Source: Bispira polyomma
Taxonomy: Eukaryota
DNA length: 64,000 bases
Direction: 5' to 3'
NCBI GenBank assembly: GCA_965649765.1
Contig: OZ287754.1
Coordinates: 50,778,001-50,842,000, forward strand
The notes beneath the pieces were generated by a model. That model was not told the DNA's origin. It was given only the letters and a program-made list of their open reading frames with translations, and made no database searches. Made by a program: the position numbers and the translations under genes. This document shows positions 35,450-48,663 of the stretch, piece by piece. Position 1 is the stretch's first letter, and each line of letters begins with the position of its first letter.

Positions 35450-36300
35450 CTCAAGTTTCTTTCCAATAAACATCCTTGGGAATATGATATTACTGTCAGA
35501 TGTTGTACATAATATTGGAGTAATGTTTGACGCTGATTTCTGTCTGTAAATCCTGTTTTATCAGTTTGAGAGATCTAAGACAAGTGAAATAGTTTTAAAT
35601 TATCTTGTGTTAGAATAAATAGTTCTGCCCAATCCATTACAGCCTCACAATAATTACCCTCATACCCTTGTTCATCCCATTTTATCATAAATTTTATTCA
35701 ACTTTACATTTAATTTACGTCTGCTTAACTATTAACTTTTATCAACTGTGCAGGAATGGATATTATCAAATAAGCTTACGCTTAATACTGACATTATCTG
35801 ACATTATCAAGTTTCTTTCCACTAAAAATTCTTAGAAATATGATATTACTCTCAGATGTTGTACATAATATTGGAATAATATTTGACGCTGATTTTTGCT
35901 CAGCAAACATATCACTTCTGTCTGTAAATCCTGTTTTATCAGTTTAAGAGATCTAAGACAAGTGAAATGCTATTTGTTGTGGGATACAGCTGTGTTGTTG
36001 GCTAATGCACTTGTGAGCAGTCGCATTGACTATTTTAACTCATTACTAAGCAGTTTGCCTGCTAATGACTACCCTTCAGGCAATACAGAGTACTCTAGCT
36101 TGTATCATCACTAATACCTCAAAGTATTCCCACATATCTCCTGTTCTAAAAGATTTTCACAGGCTTAAATTTTGATGTATGTTCAAAACGCCACATTGGT
36201 CTACAAGTCTCTCAATACAGGCTTTCCAAAATACCTCAGCCCATATCTCACCCCTTACTCTCAGCAAATTAATACCCATTGTGGTAATCCCCCAAAATAT
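35450..36300 (+). mobile_element. Decayed L2 RT fragments with a local duplication
   Basis: KHITSVCKSCFISLRDLRQVK...TAVLLANALVSSRIDYFNSLL. 35455-35590 duplicates parts of 35808-35967. Confidence 0.75.
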
Positions 36301-37289
36301 TTCCCAATGTTCAATGTGGCCTGATTAGAAGTTGCTGTCTTACATGAATATTGAAGTATGTGAGTTGAGAAGTAGATCAGTTGTTTCCCATTGATGCCTG
36401 GAGCGGTGTTGAATTCTCCACTCTGCCTGTCCGGTGACACTCAATGCCTTGATAGAGATGTGTGACCAGTTTTATTGATGATTTCACTCGCTTGGCATCA
36501 TAGAGGGCCAGCAGGTGTTCCAGGTTGTCTTGTGGATCAGTTGACAAGCCATTAATTACAGACAGTGTGACAGGTTAATATTGATACGGTTCCATAACAC
36601 TCAGCATAATCAAGCTGATAAGATGGTTTCTCAAATAATTATACCATTAATTAAATGTTCAGATAATTGTATTTTCTAAATTCTTGATATCTATTAAACT
36701 TTACCACGACTACAATGTCAAGTCAGTATACACATATTTATTTCACTAGATCTCGAAATACAGGAGAACACATTTTACAGTTTAATATATTGCACTTTGA
36801 CTTTATTAGTTTATTATATCTCATATTTGTAGCACATGTGCATTGTTCCAGGTGCAATAGGAACACCGGAAGTAGCTCCCATCTAAACTGTTTGATTGTC
36901 TCTCCTACTACACAGCTAGAGATTTCAGTTAATATAGTGACCTGTCAGAGTAGTGATGTTAGACTAGCATTAATGACATTTGAGTGATTCAGCCTAGTAC
37001 TCCGACTACCAACCGTGCAACACTGGCTTAGCCATACAATGTAGAATGTTATAAAAGTAATGTGAGTATTGACAGACTGTGGCTAATTCAATTTAATAAA
37101 ATTTTACTTAGGGTAACATGTGTAAGTCACAGAGATTAATAAAATGTGATCCAGTCATCAAAATATTGATGATGCAGCTATTTTGTTCTTGTACAGGTAG
37201 ATATGTAAAATTGTATTTGGCCAGAAAATGCAATATATCTCCCTGAAACATATCAGACATCCAGTTTATTCTTATTCCCTTTGTTGACT

Positions 37290-37520
37290 CAACAACATTT
37301 TGAGGTGTATAGCACGATTAACTTTATTTTACCATTGTACAGTCTAACTTTGGTCTTCACGGTACTGCTCTGACTTCCATATAAGCTACAGTTTGGCATT
37401 ACAACCATGACATTCATATATTTGTGGACTTCATTACAGAAATTGTGACACCTCTGAGATAAGTCCTCCGCATCTTCAATGGAAGCATCCCCAACAGTTC
37501 TGGGGTGCACGTTTGTCTTT
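37290..37520 (-). mobile_element. Decayed RTE-like LINE fragment
   Basis: KTKVRLYNGKIKLIVLYTSKC resembles the KTK.RLY...V...LLYG.E.W C-terminal motif of RTE ORFs. Confidence 0.45.
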
Positions 37521-39568
37521 TTTGTGGTGATGTCTAATCCCCAGGTTCATTTTTATGTAGCTGAACTACAGTGATATAATTAAACAGGTCCAGGGAAGCC
37601 CCTAACTACCAACTGTCGACAAGGTAATCTCAGAACTTACTAGGACCTGTGCTTTCATATTTGGCATACATGGAATCTGTGACGATTCATTCATAATCTG
37701 GTGTTAATACATCCAAAAATACGGAAGTAACAGCCATTTACAGTTCTTGCAATCATAAGATGTTTTGGATGAATCCCTTTTCTTTGCCAAGCAGATTACG
37801 TCATTATTGGACTTGCCCCATCTTCCGAGATATCTTAGGCAATTATTTGTTTAAATTATATAAAATGGCTGTGTCTCTGTCTCCTTCTTCATCATTTCCT
37901 TTGACCACAATGCATATGCTCAGAATATCTCATGCCCATACTCCTTATTACTCTATTCATATACAAAAAAAAAATTATCAATGAATTTGTCATAATTTTG
38001 CTGTTACAGAAATCCCTATGACGTCATTGCACTTAATAAAAAATGAATCAATTGATATCTCAAACAATATCCCAGAATATGACCTTAGACTTCTTAATAT
38101 TTTACTGCATTATTTGTGAATGTATGTGAATATATAATCTAATTATTTTGTTTTGACATCACCAGAAAGCTATACATTTTTTTTTTTTTTTTGCAGTTCA
38201 AACTGAGATATTAAACAAAACGATCTAAACACATTGATTAAATTTTTATTTTAAGATTTTTATTATTCACTTAGCCATGTATACGGAGCATATGGAAGAG
38301 AATACACAAAGGAACATATTGTTTTGTATGCACCGGCGACCGTAAATATGTTTCTAAACTGTAGTAGTTTTCCACATTTTAAAAACCCAATGCTATATTA
38401 AACTTGATTTTACTACTTTATAAATACAAATTTGAAGTTAAATTATTTATGCTCATAATTCAATTTTAGCAAATAATACCCGCAAATAATACTCCAAAAA
38501 ATTTTCTAGGTGGCAAATTTTATATTCGTTACTCTAATGATTCAAAATTGCGTAACACAGATTGTTTTGTGAAATTTTGCATTGATTGACACATGACTTA
38601 AAAAAAACCCTGTTTGGAAACTTGTGTAATAAAAATTTATAAACAACACAGCTATATATTAGTTGTCGGCGCTAGCTTGGCCCCACACAGGTGGTCATAC
38701 ACAAGTTGTTTTATTAATGTAGCTGGCACCTTTACAATGTATCTAGCTAAGCAGTATTGATGTAGAAAGTACAGTGATTAAAATAAATGTTTAAAGGGGA
38801 CCTGGGATTGAGATGTCCCTGCTTTACCACAAATTGGGGAACAAAGACACAAAACAAGTTTGACCTCTTCCTTTAAATTTTTACAATATGTACACATGGA
38901 AAAATCAATTGGAAATTTTCAAATTAAAACAGATTGTACGCACTGCATATGCGTTAAAGAGCCCACTTGTATCTTTTGATAAGAGTTGAATGCAACTCAA
39001 GTTAATTCACCCAACACATGCAATGAAGTTGAGTAAAAATAAACTTTATTAGGGTTTAAGCTTTACAATTGTTCTGTATGCAAATTTTTAAACATAAAAC
39101 ACAATACACGTACAATATACAACACGCCACAAGAGCCACCAAATACTAATACATTTCTAATTTGTAATGAGTAAATGTAAACCACATCTTTATTAGTGTA
39201 TAGTTCTGACTAGGTATTCCACTGGTTTTCTTTTTCATTTAGGTTGAATTTGCATGCGATGGATACTTAATATGCTTATCTTTTGATAACAAGATCCAAA
39301 CAAATACTGAAGTATAGTATTTATTGGTACAGAGTTCAAGTAGTGATAAACCACTCTTAAGAATACTGATACTTAAATCCTTTCTCTAATCATTGTTTAA
39401 AGTTGGCCCTGTCTGCTCAGAACAAAAAATTATTTTTTTTTATGTACTTTCATTTTCAGGTTACATTTCTTTGTGACTGCAATAGTCTAGATATAGTTAA
39501 TATATTATAAATATGAAGTTAAAATGAATAATAAAACTTAATAAAAGTAACCCTATAATAAATACAAA

Positions 39569-42500
39569 ATGGCAGATGACAGTTATGTACTTGTTGTTGC
39601 CATAGATTTTGGCACAACCTTCAGTGGATATGCCTTTTCGTTTAAAACAAAGCCAAATGCCATCAAAATGAACAAGAGCTGGGGTGCTAGTCTGGGATTT
39701 CAGTCATACAAAACACCAACCACCGTTCTTGTTGATCCCAGTGGAAAGCTCAAAGCTTTTGGTTTTGAAGCTGAGGAGGAATATGCTAATCTAGAAGAAG
39801 ACGAAGTAACTCCAGATATGTATGCATTGTATCAAAGGTTTAAGATGATGCTGCATGAACAGAAGGTACACAATTACAGTTACTTACTTATTGTTGCTTC
39901 TTCTACTTCTTTGTCAACTGACAATTATATGTACTATGTAGCATATCTTTGATAATCAATAAAATCATTCTATGAAATCTAATAATTTGCTGTACATTTT
40001 AAGCTTTGTCTCTGGTTTGTCCAGTGGTCGACAATAAAGGTTATAATTAAATTTTATCACAATTAGTTTAATTATAGAATACAAAGAGCTAAAAATAAGA
40101 TATATCCATTTCAATTGAAAGATGGACCATTATAAACTTGAGGCGTTTTGTGAATAAATAAAATCTGATTGTCATCATTGTATATCTTGGAAATATTATT
40201 TACAAACAACATGTATATTGTTTAACTAGCAAGACTGAGACTGACAGGCATAATTTTAATTAGCATAATTTTAAAGAGCTCACCGACCGATTAGGCCTGC
40301 CTTGTGTTTGACTTGAAATAATTCTTTAAATATTGATAGGTTGTCAATATTATGTCCATTTATGTGTAATTTGTTATTTGCAATATCACAATATTCACTC
40401 ATTTTACTACTGAAATACTAATTGTTGCTCACCAGTAAAAAGAACAAACTTAGTGGTTGATCAGACTTATGTTCATTGCCACAAGAACCATTATTTCAGT
40501 CAATTAATAAAATCAAGTGTCATATCCATTTAAACAGTAATCTTGTATTAAAAAATGTGTATTATCTTAATTGTTCCAAAGTCAATTTCCTTTAATTTCA
40601 ATCTCCGCTGTGAAATATGTATTCAAAAGTTACATGTATAATATGCATATCCTTTTATCATTATCGTCTTCTATATTCACTGTAAAATATGTACATGTAC
40701 TTGTATAATATGTATATCCTTTTAAGTAAAGCATGAAATTGACATTTTAGAAAGGTGGTGACAAGCTCTTGGTACATTCTACCAATGGGAACATTCGTCC
40801 AGCTGTTGATGTCTTTGCCATGGCTCTCGAGTACCTAAAGGACCATGTGATTGCAGCAATTTCATTGCACTTAGCTCGGTAATTTATTGTGACCCAGCAT
40901 GTTTTATTTAGTTATGTATTATGCAGAACTTGTCACACAGTAAATAATGTGAACGTGTTTACTTATAAAGCACCACAATCGATCACCAGACATCGTCTAT
41001 GGTGCACATCCTAATCAGTAAACAAAAGAATAGTCTGATAGCAGAAAATCTTCGTTGTCATAGTTCAGTCATGACCAGCAGACAAATCATTAGGCAGAAA
41101 AGCGAGTTGATAAGGATGTGTTTTGAGCTTTTTCGTGAAACTGAATATTTTGGGTACACTTCTTACATATTCATATACAAACAAGTAACAATGCCTGTCT
41201 GCAAAAAAGCAAAACACACATCAATTAAATTAGCTGTTTTGTATATGTTTTAATATTTTCCTTTTAACCTGGACAAAAGTAAAGAGTTGTTGACATGTAA
41301 AATGAAGCAAGTGACATGATTGTATCAAGTTAATACAGATAATTAAAAGTTTTATATGCTACATAATTTCTTGTTTTATAGTCATCCAGATGCAGAATAC
41401 ATTAGATGGGTATTGACAGTCCCAGCTATATGGAGCGATGCTGCCAAGCAGTTTATGAGAAAAGCTGCTGTGAAGGTGTGAAATTTAAACTTAAATCTTT
41501 GCAGATGAGAAATATTGCAAATTATCAGATTAGGAACACTTTTTAACTTTCTACATTTATTACTTGTTTAATAATTAAATATTTTAACTGAACACAATTA
41601 TTCATTTGGGTTGAAAATCACATTTGTTAAAGACCAAGCCTTACAAATATACAGACTATGGCCTGTTTATTACTTAGGAATTTGAATTGTCAGTGTTTAT
41701 AACTTAACATACCTGAGTTACATATTACTATTAGAAGGGGAGTTTTTCCAAATATATTTGATTGGTCTGGATTGTCATGTGTAAACTATATGTCTGTTAA
41801 CATGCTTGCAGGCAAAGTTAATCGATGAAGTAAATTCAAAGCAACTGCTGATTGCTCTTGAACCAGAAGCAGCTTCTTTGTACTGTAGAACTCTAGAGAT
41901 GAAGCACTTCATTGGAATGCAAGCTCAAGAAGGAAATTTGAACCTGGCTGTCAACACAAAATACATGGTCATCGATGCTGGAGGTATAAAATCAATGTTT
42001 TAACAGCGAAACAGTATTTTCAGATATGATTTTCTGACATTTCGGCATTAAATAACTCTTGTATATCACTTTATAATAATAAAATCCAGTTTTAGACATT
42101 TGTTCAAAAGTAACCTAGGTAACATTTCTGATATCCATCAAACATTTTGTTTTTAATAACTTTGCAGGTGGGACAATCGATATAACAGTTCATGAAACAG
42201 AACAAGATGGAAGAGTGAAGGAACTGTACAATGCCAACGGAGGGCCATGGGGAGGATCATATGTGGATGGAATGTATGAAAATATGCTTACTGATATATT
42301 TGGACTGGCTTTCATTAAAGAATATAAATCTAAAAATCCTAATCAGTGGCTAATAATGATTATTGATTTTGAGAAACGTAAGAGGGCAAGCAAGCCAGAT
42401 AGTACAGCATCCACAAATATACCATTGAACATGGGGTTTGCCAGGCAATTTGAGAAGTTTACTGGGAAGGAGTTGGAATCTGCTTTCAAAGAGAGCTCAG

Positions 42501-43240
42501 TACCTGGTGTGAAATTTTCCTCAAGTGGAATGCTTTGCATATCTGCCACCAAAATGGCTGGCCTGTTTGAAAATGTCATTAGCAATATAGAAGAACATGT
42601 CAGAGAACAACTGCAACATCAAGTATTGGGTGACATCAGCCATATTTTCCTTGTTGGTGGATTTGCAGAGTGTGCTTTTCTGCAGAAGATGATAGGTGAT
42701 AATTTTGGGACTGGTAAAACCATTTTAATTCCTGAAGAAGCAAGTATGTGTGTTCTGAAAGGTGCTGTGATGTATGGTCACACACCTTCAGCTATATCAG
42801 CAAGAATATCCAGGTACACCTATGCTGTTGGCACCAGCAGAAAATTAATTCCAGGTAAAGATGATGAAAACTTTAAGAGGAAATCCAAAGGCACTCTAGA
42901 AGAGAGAATAGACTATCTTCAAATTCTTATTCAAGCGGGTGATTCAATAGTACCTGGCACATTTCGGTCAACAAGGCGACATCCACATAATCCAGAACAA
43001 ACACAGATTGGTTTTAGTCTTTACAGAAGTTCTGACATTCTGCCACAGAGAGAAGTACATCCAACAGATGCAAAAGTTACTAAGCTCGCCAAAATTACAG
43101 TTCAGAGTCCCGACACAAGCAAAGGAAAGGATAGACATATTGAAGTGACTATAACATTTGGAGGAACAGAGATCCTTTTCAATGCCATAGAACTTGGCAC
43201 AGAAAATGAAGCATCTACAGTTGTGGCATTTGAAGTTTAA
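39569..43240 (+). CDS. HSPA12: Heat shock 70 kDa protein 12-like (HSPA12 family), gene B; 5 coding exons 39569-39865, 40751-40878, 41382-41475, 41812-41983, 42168-43240; 587 aa
   Basis: VVAIDFGTTFSGYAFS, IRWVLTVPAIWSDAAKQFMR, ALEPEAAS, VIDAGGGTIDIT and IFLVGGFAEC. GT-AG introns with phases 0,2,0,1. Joined CDS is 1764 nt and open. Confidence 0.94.
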
Positions 43241-44643
43241 ACTTTGTTGTTTTGTGAATCCAGTGGTCTTGGACATGGACAGATCTACATATCTCAAAAT
43301 GAACATACTAGACTAAATGCAGACTCAATTTGGAACATACTATTTCCTATGACTGAACTGCCCTCCTTGTGTAAATAAAACAAAACAATGATAGAATAAG
43401 TGGAGATATATTTACTTTTTACTCCCAAGAGATATTAGCCTGACAGTGTGGTGATAAAAATCCTGATCTCTAGATAGTTTTGTATATAATATACATCTCA
43501 AGGTTGATTAAAAAAACACAAACACTTGTTAAAACTCTTATTGATAACTATATTAATGAGGAATACCCTTATTTATTTATGCTACAAATCTTTTAAGAAG
43601 GCACACTTAAGTGTTATATGGGGTATGATATTAGAAAGATAATTAACCAATGGGAAGTAGTTCAATTCATTGTGTTGATGATGTGATATGAAAATATGAT
43701 ATGAAAATATTCTAGGAACCAATGTACATATTCATTGTGTTAGACAGTAGAAAATGCAGAATTGTTCTGTTTAGTTTAAAAACACAAGGATTCCTACAAC
43801 TTATGGTTGTATTATTATAGACTTACATTTTCAGACCATTTTTCATGTATCTATTGGTGATGTTCTTTTGGATTTTGATACTCTGATTGAGTTACAAGTG
43901 AGTTTGTTTACATTTTTTATGGTTGATAATATGGAATAAAACGCTAAATGTCAATTTCTCTGTGCAAAGGTTATATTGCCTGTGTTGTGATAGCAATTAA
44001 CAAGTGTGGACTTATTACCACCAAAACAGGAATACATTGTGAAGTGTAAATGCCCTGCTTTAAATGTTGAATGTCATTTCAAGGCCAATGGCAGACATAT
44101 ACCAGTTAGATGGGTTGGCTTAGATTTATGTTAAGCATGTCAGAACAACAGTGGGTAATAAATTTCCGTCATCATCCATGACAAAGAGGATTGTACAGGT
44201 AGTTAGCAATTGGAGGCAACTGGCAAAAGGAACCACAACCTATTACTTGTATTCCTCCGAAAGGAAGATTGCTGTTACGGACAAACCTAAAAAACCTAAA
44301 AAGAAGGAGTTATGCCACCAGAAACGGGACATATTCATCTGCAGGCTGTCAGCAATGGAACCTATTTTCTGTGGTATTACTTTAACAATTATCATGTTTT
44401 AAATTTATTAACAGCAATCATTTTTCTTCAAATATACGAAAACCAAACTCTGACAACATATCACTTTAACAATATGTCCCTTAAATGAGGTAATAAGTAA
44501 CAGTATTGTTAAATAATCAGTGTTAAATAATGATAGAGTTACACTAGTTAGCTTGTGCTAAAAATGTGTTGCAGTGTACATAGGAAACTTTACAGATGAT
44601 GGATAAGACATAACACTTTAGTAAATTTCTAAAATTTAACAAC

Positions 44644-45663
44644 CTAGTAATCTCTTCCAGCTGATCAAACTGCTTGCAACTAAACATGGAAATTTCATCT
44701 ATGATCAACACATCTGTCTTTTCGATTCTAGATTTCATTTGGGAGTAATCTTCTCTGTTGAGAACTTGGTCTGTCTGTCTGTTGCATATCGTCCATCAAA
44801 TAACCCAGCCCAATGATGCATTGTAGTTGCATGAATATTCTTTTGAAATTGCTTAGTGGCAATGGCTGCAGTTGCTGTAACAGCTGCAACTTTATATTTC
44901 ATCAAATCCAAACAGACACGATTCAGTAACCAAGATTTACCTGAACCTGAAATTAGATCTTTACTTCCTATAAAGGATAAAATAAAGCTGGTGCACTAAG
45001 TACTATATCAATGTTCATGAAAGGTGTAATGGTTGCAGTTACAGTTGCTCATGGTTTAAAGATGTTGATTTTATCCCTTTGATTTTATCCAACTTTTAAT
45101 AACCAATTGCAGAACAATAGCAAAAAAAGTTGCATTACCATGTTGTGAAAATCAGGAAATGTTTAAACAAGCACAGGATGGAGTGGCCATTCTTTAATTA
45201 AAGAAATAAATGAAGTCGTTGTGACACATGACACATAAGTTGAACTGACTTGACCAAAATTAACCATTTATTAATAACATTTTGTAAATTATAAACTGAT
45301 TACTGATTACTGATTGAGATAAACACTAATTACTCTGCTATAACAGCCATATTTATCTATGTATTGAAAACAAATTTTGCCAGGACACGGAAACACACCC
45401 CATGGTTTGCACAAATATGAAAGCAGAGCTCTCAGTAGCTTGTATGATTATGTTGTACACATGTCAAGTGTCATTTAACCCATAAAGATTACTTTAATGT
45501 ATACACAATTTGTGTATCCACCATAAAAATAGCAAATTCTTAACCACTAAATTTATAAATTATGTATACAACATATACCTGCTTGCCCACTTAAAAAAAC
45601 ATTATGTCCAGAAAAAATAAGCTCATGGGCCTCTTGCTGCTTTTCAGTTATGAAATTTGCCAT
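44644..45663 (-). pseudogene. PIF1-like SF1B DNA helicase, N-terminal two exons (45663-45579, 44946-44644), frameshifted and 3'-truncated
   Basis: Splicing GCAG|GTATAT...TTTCAG|GT gives HNVFLSGQAGSGKS (Walker A), then VTATAAIA (Ia), ATTMHHWAG (Ib) and DVLIIDEISM (Walker B). Frameshift at an ACAG repeat near 44775. Confidence 0.85.
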
Positions 45664-45975
45664 CATAATAAATTACATCTGTACACACAACCTGTAAATG
45701 AAGAAACATGATTAGTCTAGAAAGATCATGGGCATACTTATAGCAGTAAGCCCAAGATGTACACTTTCACTGCTGACAGTTTGGTAGTTAACCTTTTATT
45801 AAATACTCTTGAAATATTAAACCAGAATAAAAAAGTGCTTTGTTTGAGTAGATATGTAAATTCTTTATTCACCAATAAAATAAAGATCTTCAAATTGTAA
45901 TTCTTAGTACAGATATAGATCAGTACATTAATTACATGAAGTCGTTGTAATGAAGTGATTAACTTAAACAATTGT

Positions 45976-48663
45976 TCATTTATGTGACAAAACTTGCTTG
46001 TCTTTAGATTTTCTTAGTTTAGGCTTTAAAAATTTATACGGAGCAACACGACACTGTCCATCGGTGTTGGATTTCTTGGAAACAACTGTCTGCGTTAGAA
46101 TAATTGCATTTGTAGAAGTACTGTAGGTAGCATAGTTGGGATTAGTGTTCACTTCATTTGTGATGCCACGTTGCTGACAAAAGAAGTTTTCAACAGCATC
46201 AGAATTTAGTCGGGCCGGAACTAAAATGCCTTCTTGGTGCTGGCATACCTTTTCATGTAAAGCAAGAACACCATAAAGGTATGATAACATGTCCTCCATA
46301 CATTGAGGAGAAAGTTTGGAACTATTTTCACCTTTATCCCACTCTAAAAAGAAACACTTCAAATCTTGAATCATTTGGATACGCCTATCAAATTGCAATA
46401 AAGGTCTTCTATCCTGGGCAAAGGCAACAAGCTTTGATGTTTGTTCTAACAGTGATATAGTACCATCATACTCATGACAGTCAGGACCTTTTGATTTTTG
46501 GAGGTGTTTTATAAGGTATAACATTTCGTTGTCAAGAACATCCTCTGCAAGTTTGTTTCTCATTTTGTTTGGTCCATTCAAATCAAAATGTTCATTCCAT
46601 AATTTTGGGTGTATTTTCCAAAGTTTGGTTTTATTAAATTCATGTGCATCCAAAAAGTGTGACCAACGACTTGTTTTACCCATTATCATTAGATTTTTCT
46701 CAACACCATTGCTCTTTAATAGTCCATTTCTAATCTTTTTCAAGTTGTGTATTACATCCATTATGAAAGTCACAGACTTTTCCAGATTTATAGGACTTTG
46801 AGCAGTGAAGCTTTTCTCAGGTGCATCTTGCTCAAAATGAAGCTTCATAAATTTTCAATTTGACATTGCCCCATCGATGCTGGTAAACTCTACCTTAAAA
46901 CCGTAGTCTTCCAGTTTATCTACCCCCTCCCAGAAGTTAAAGAACAGATGGTGAGCTTGTGCCACCATTACTGGGAAATGACCAACGGGAAAGCGAAAAC
47001 CTGTATGTCCGAGAAAGATAAATTTAGCTAGTTCAAATTTCTGATTGCCTTTTGAAATTTGGTCCACCAGATTCCCCAAATTTCCAATGTCTACATTTCC
47101 GACTAGACACATATCAGGTCCTTGTTTAACTATTTGAAGGTCTTGTTGTATGGACAACAATCATCAATAAGCAATCCACCCCACCATCCATTTTCTGGAA
47201 GAGACAGGCGAATGGCTTCCTCATGCATCCAATGAAGAACATCATCCTAATAAGATGAAAGTAAAAGTCAACACATAATTTGCCTGTATGCTCATGTATT
47301 GGTAACGTTGGTCTGTAACAATGTTCAGTTATTAAACTAGAGGATTAATAGTGTTTAAGTAGAGCGTAGAACAGAGCATCTGTGGTTAGCAAAGATGGTT
47401 AGCAAAGAAAGCATGGACATAATATTGATATGTTACCCATAGGAATTGGTCAAAATAGCTAATTAGTCTTTTTAGAGACATTCAAAGTTATAAGAAAATG
47501 TGTAGCAGATTAAAATGAAGCAATAAATAGTAATGCGAATGCTTAGTCATCTGAACTCTACTTATTGGAGGACTAGTTACAAATTATAATTTCTTTAACA
47601 GTATGACTGCTACAATGCTAACTGATTTTCTGAAATAACCAACCTGAAAATCTGGAGACTGATTACAACAGTTCTTATAGTATCTCATTAAACAGCCACT
47701 TGGTAAAGTAATCATTCCACCATCTTTCAATTCCTGGTATGCCTTTGGCGAGCGACAATACAGGGCAAGTGACATTGAAATAATTTCAGGGTCCCACCTC
47801 CTACCAAATGGAGAACTGGTTGTTGCTGCTAGCTGGGAATGAATAAGTGTCTTACTTGACTCTGGAATGTCTGATTTTACTAACAAATCGAGTATTCTTG
47901 TGATATCGTCTGACTCATTCTTGTCTAAAATAAGTGTGTCTTTCAAAGAAGTGTCTGTAGTTGTCTCCGGATTGGCCTGTTTAATGGGGATTTTTTGTAG
48001 CTTGATTGAGTTGCACGACCTACACACCTGTGATGTGTTTGAAAATGGCACTAAATGAGAACATTTTTTGCTTCTCGCTCTCAGTTCTGGTTTGCTGTTT
48101 TCATTGCCGTACATGGATATTTCCTCATTTTTACAGTTACTAATACTTGTACGGTTCTCAGATAGGGCTTTTCCCTTGCAAATTTGTAACTCCTGAGACA
48201 GGTGAAGAATTGAAATTACTCTATTTAATGCCCAATTGTTGCTATCATCAAGACCAATTGCTACTGGGGAGATATCTTTCTCTGAAATGGAGTAAAACCA
48301 CTTATCTCCAACAAGTGAAATTTTCCTTTGCACATGTACCCTTTTAATGACTGTATCAGACATCATTGAAACTTTTAACATATTTTCTGATCTTTGCAGA
48401 ATTGACCAAGATTCTGGTGAATCAAAACTGAGTGGATTTACCAAAGAATTGTCCTTATCTTTCCAAAACACATTGAACATTTTTTCTGTTTGACCTGTTT
48501 GAAGATTAACTTTTTGTCTAGAAACTACACTTTTGAATATTTTCTTCAGGTGTCTACTCATTAGTTGGCTATTAGTGTCTATTCCTTTGTCAGTTTTAAA
48601 TTTGGTGCGAATGTCACTCAGATAAACGAATGGGGCCTGTGAATAATGTAGATTTGCGACCAT
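45976..48663 (-). pseudogene. P-element/THAP9-like DDE transposase (two exons: 48663-47644, 47246-45976), disrupted
   Basis: GRRWDPEIISMSLALYCRSPKAYQEL...LPS, GGLLID-LSIQQDL, FRFPVGHF, SIDGAMSN, DVIHNLKKIRN, KMRNKLAEDVL and RLNSDAVENFFCQQRG are P-transposase hallmarks. GT-AG intron 47643-47247; one frameshift (~47160) and an in-frame TGA (46855). Confidence 0.88.

Noticed and set aside
39440-39460. ISRE-like ACTTTCATTTTC upstream of gene B
   Set aside because: Equally explained as the polypyrimidine tract of a 5'UTR splice acceptor (TTTTCAG|G).
44000-44402. Coding-like plus-strand stretch (ORF 44151-44402)
   Set aside because: No recognisable domain and interrupted by stops; cannot be supported without a database search.
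44544-45700. PIF1-like segment as a Helitron or as the host PIF1 gene
   Set aside because: No Rep/HUH motifs or Helitron termini were seen, the protein starts directly at the helicase core, and it is frameshifted and truncated. Kept only as transposon-associated cargo.
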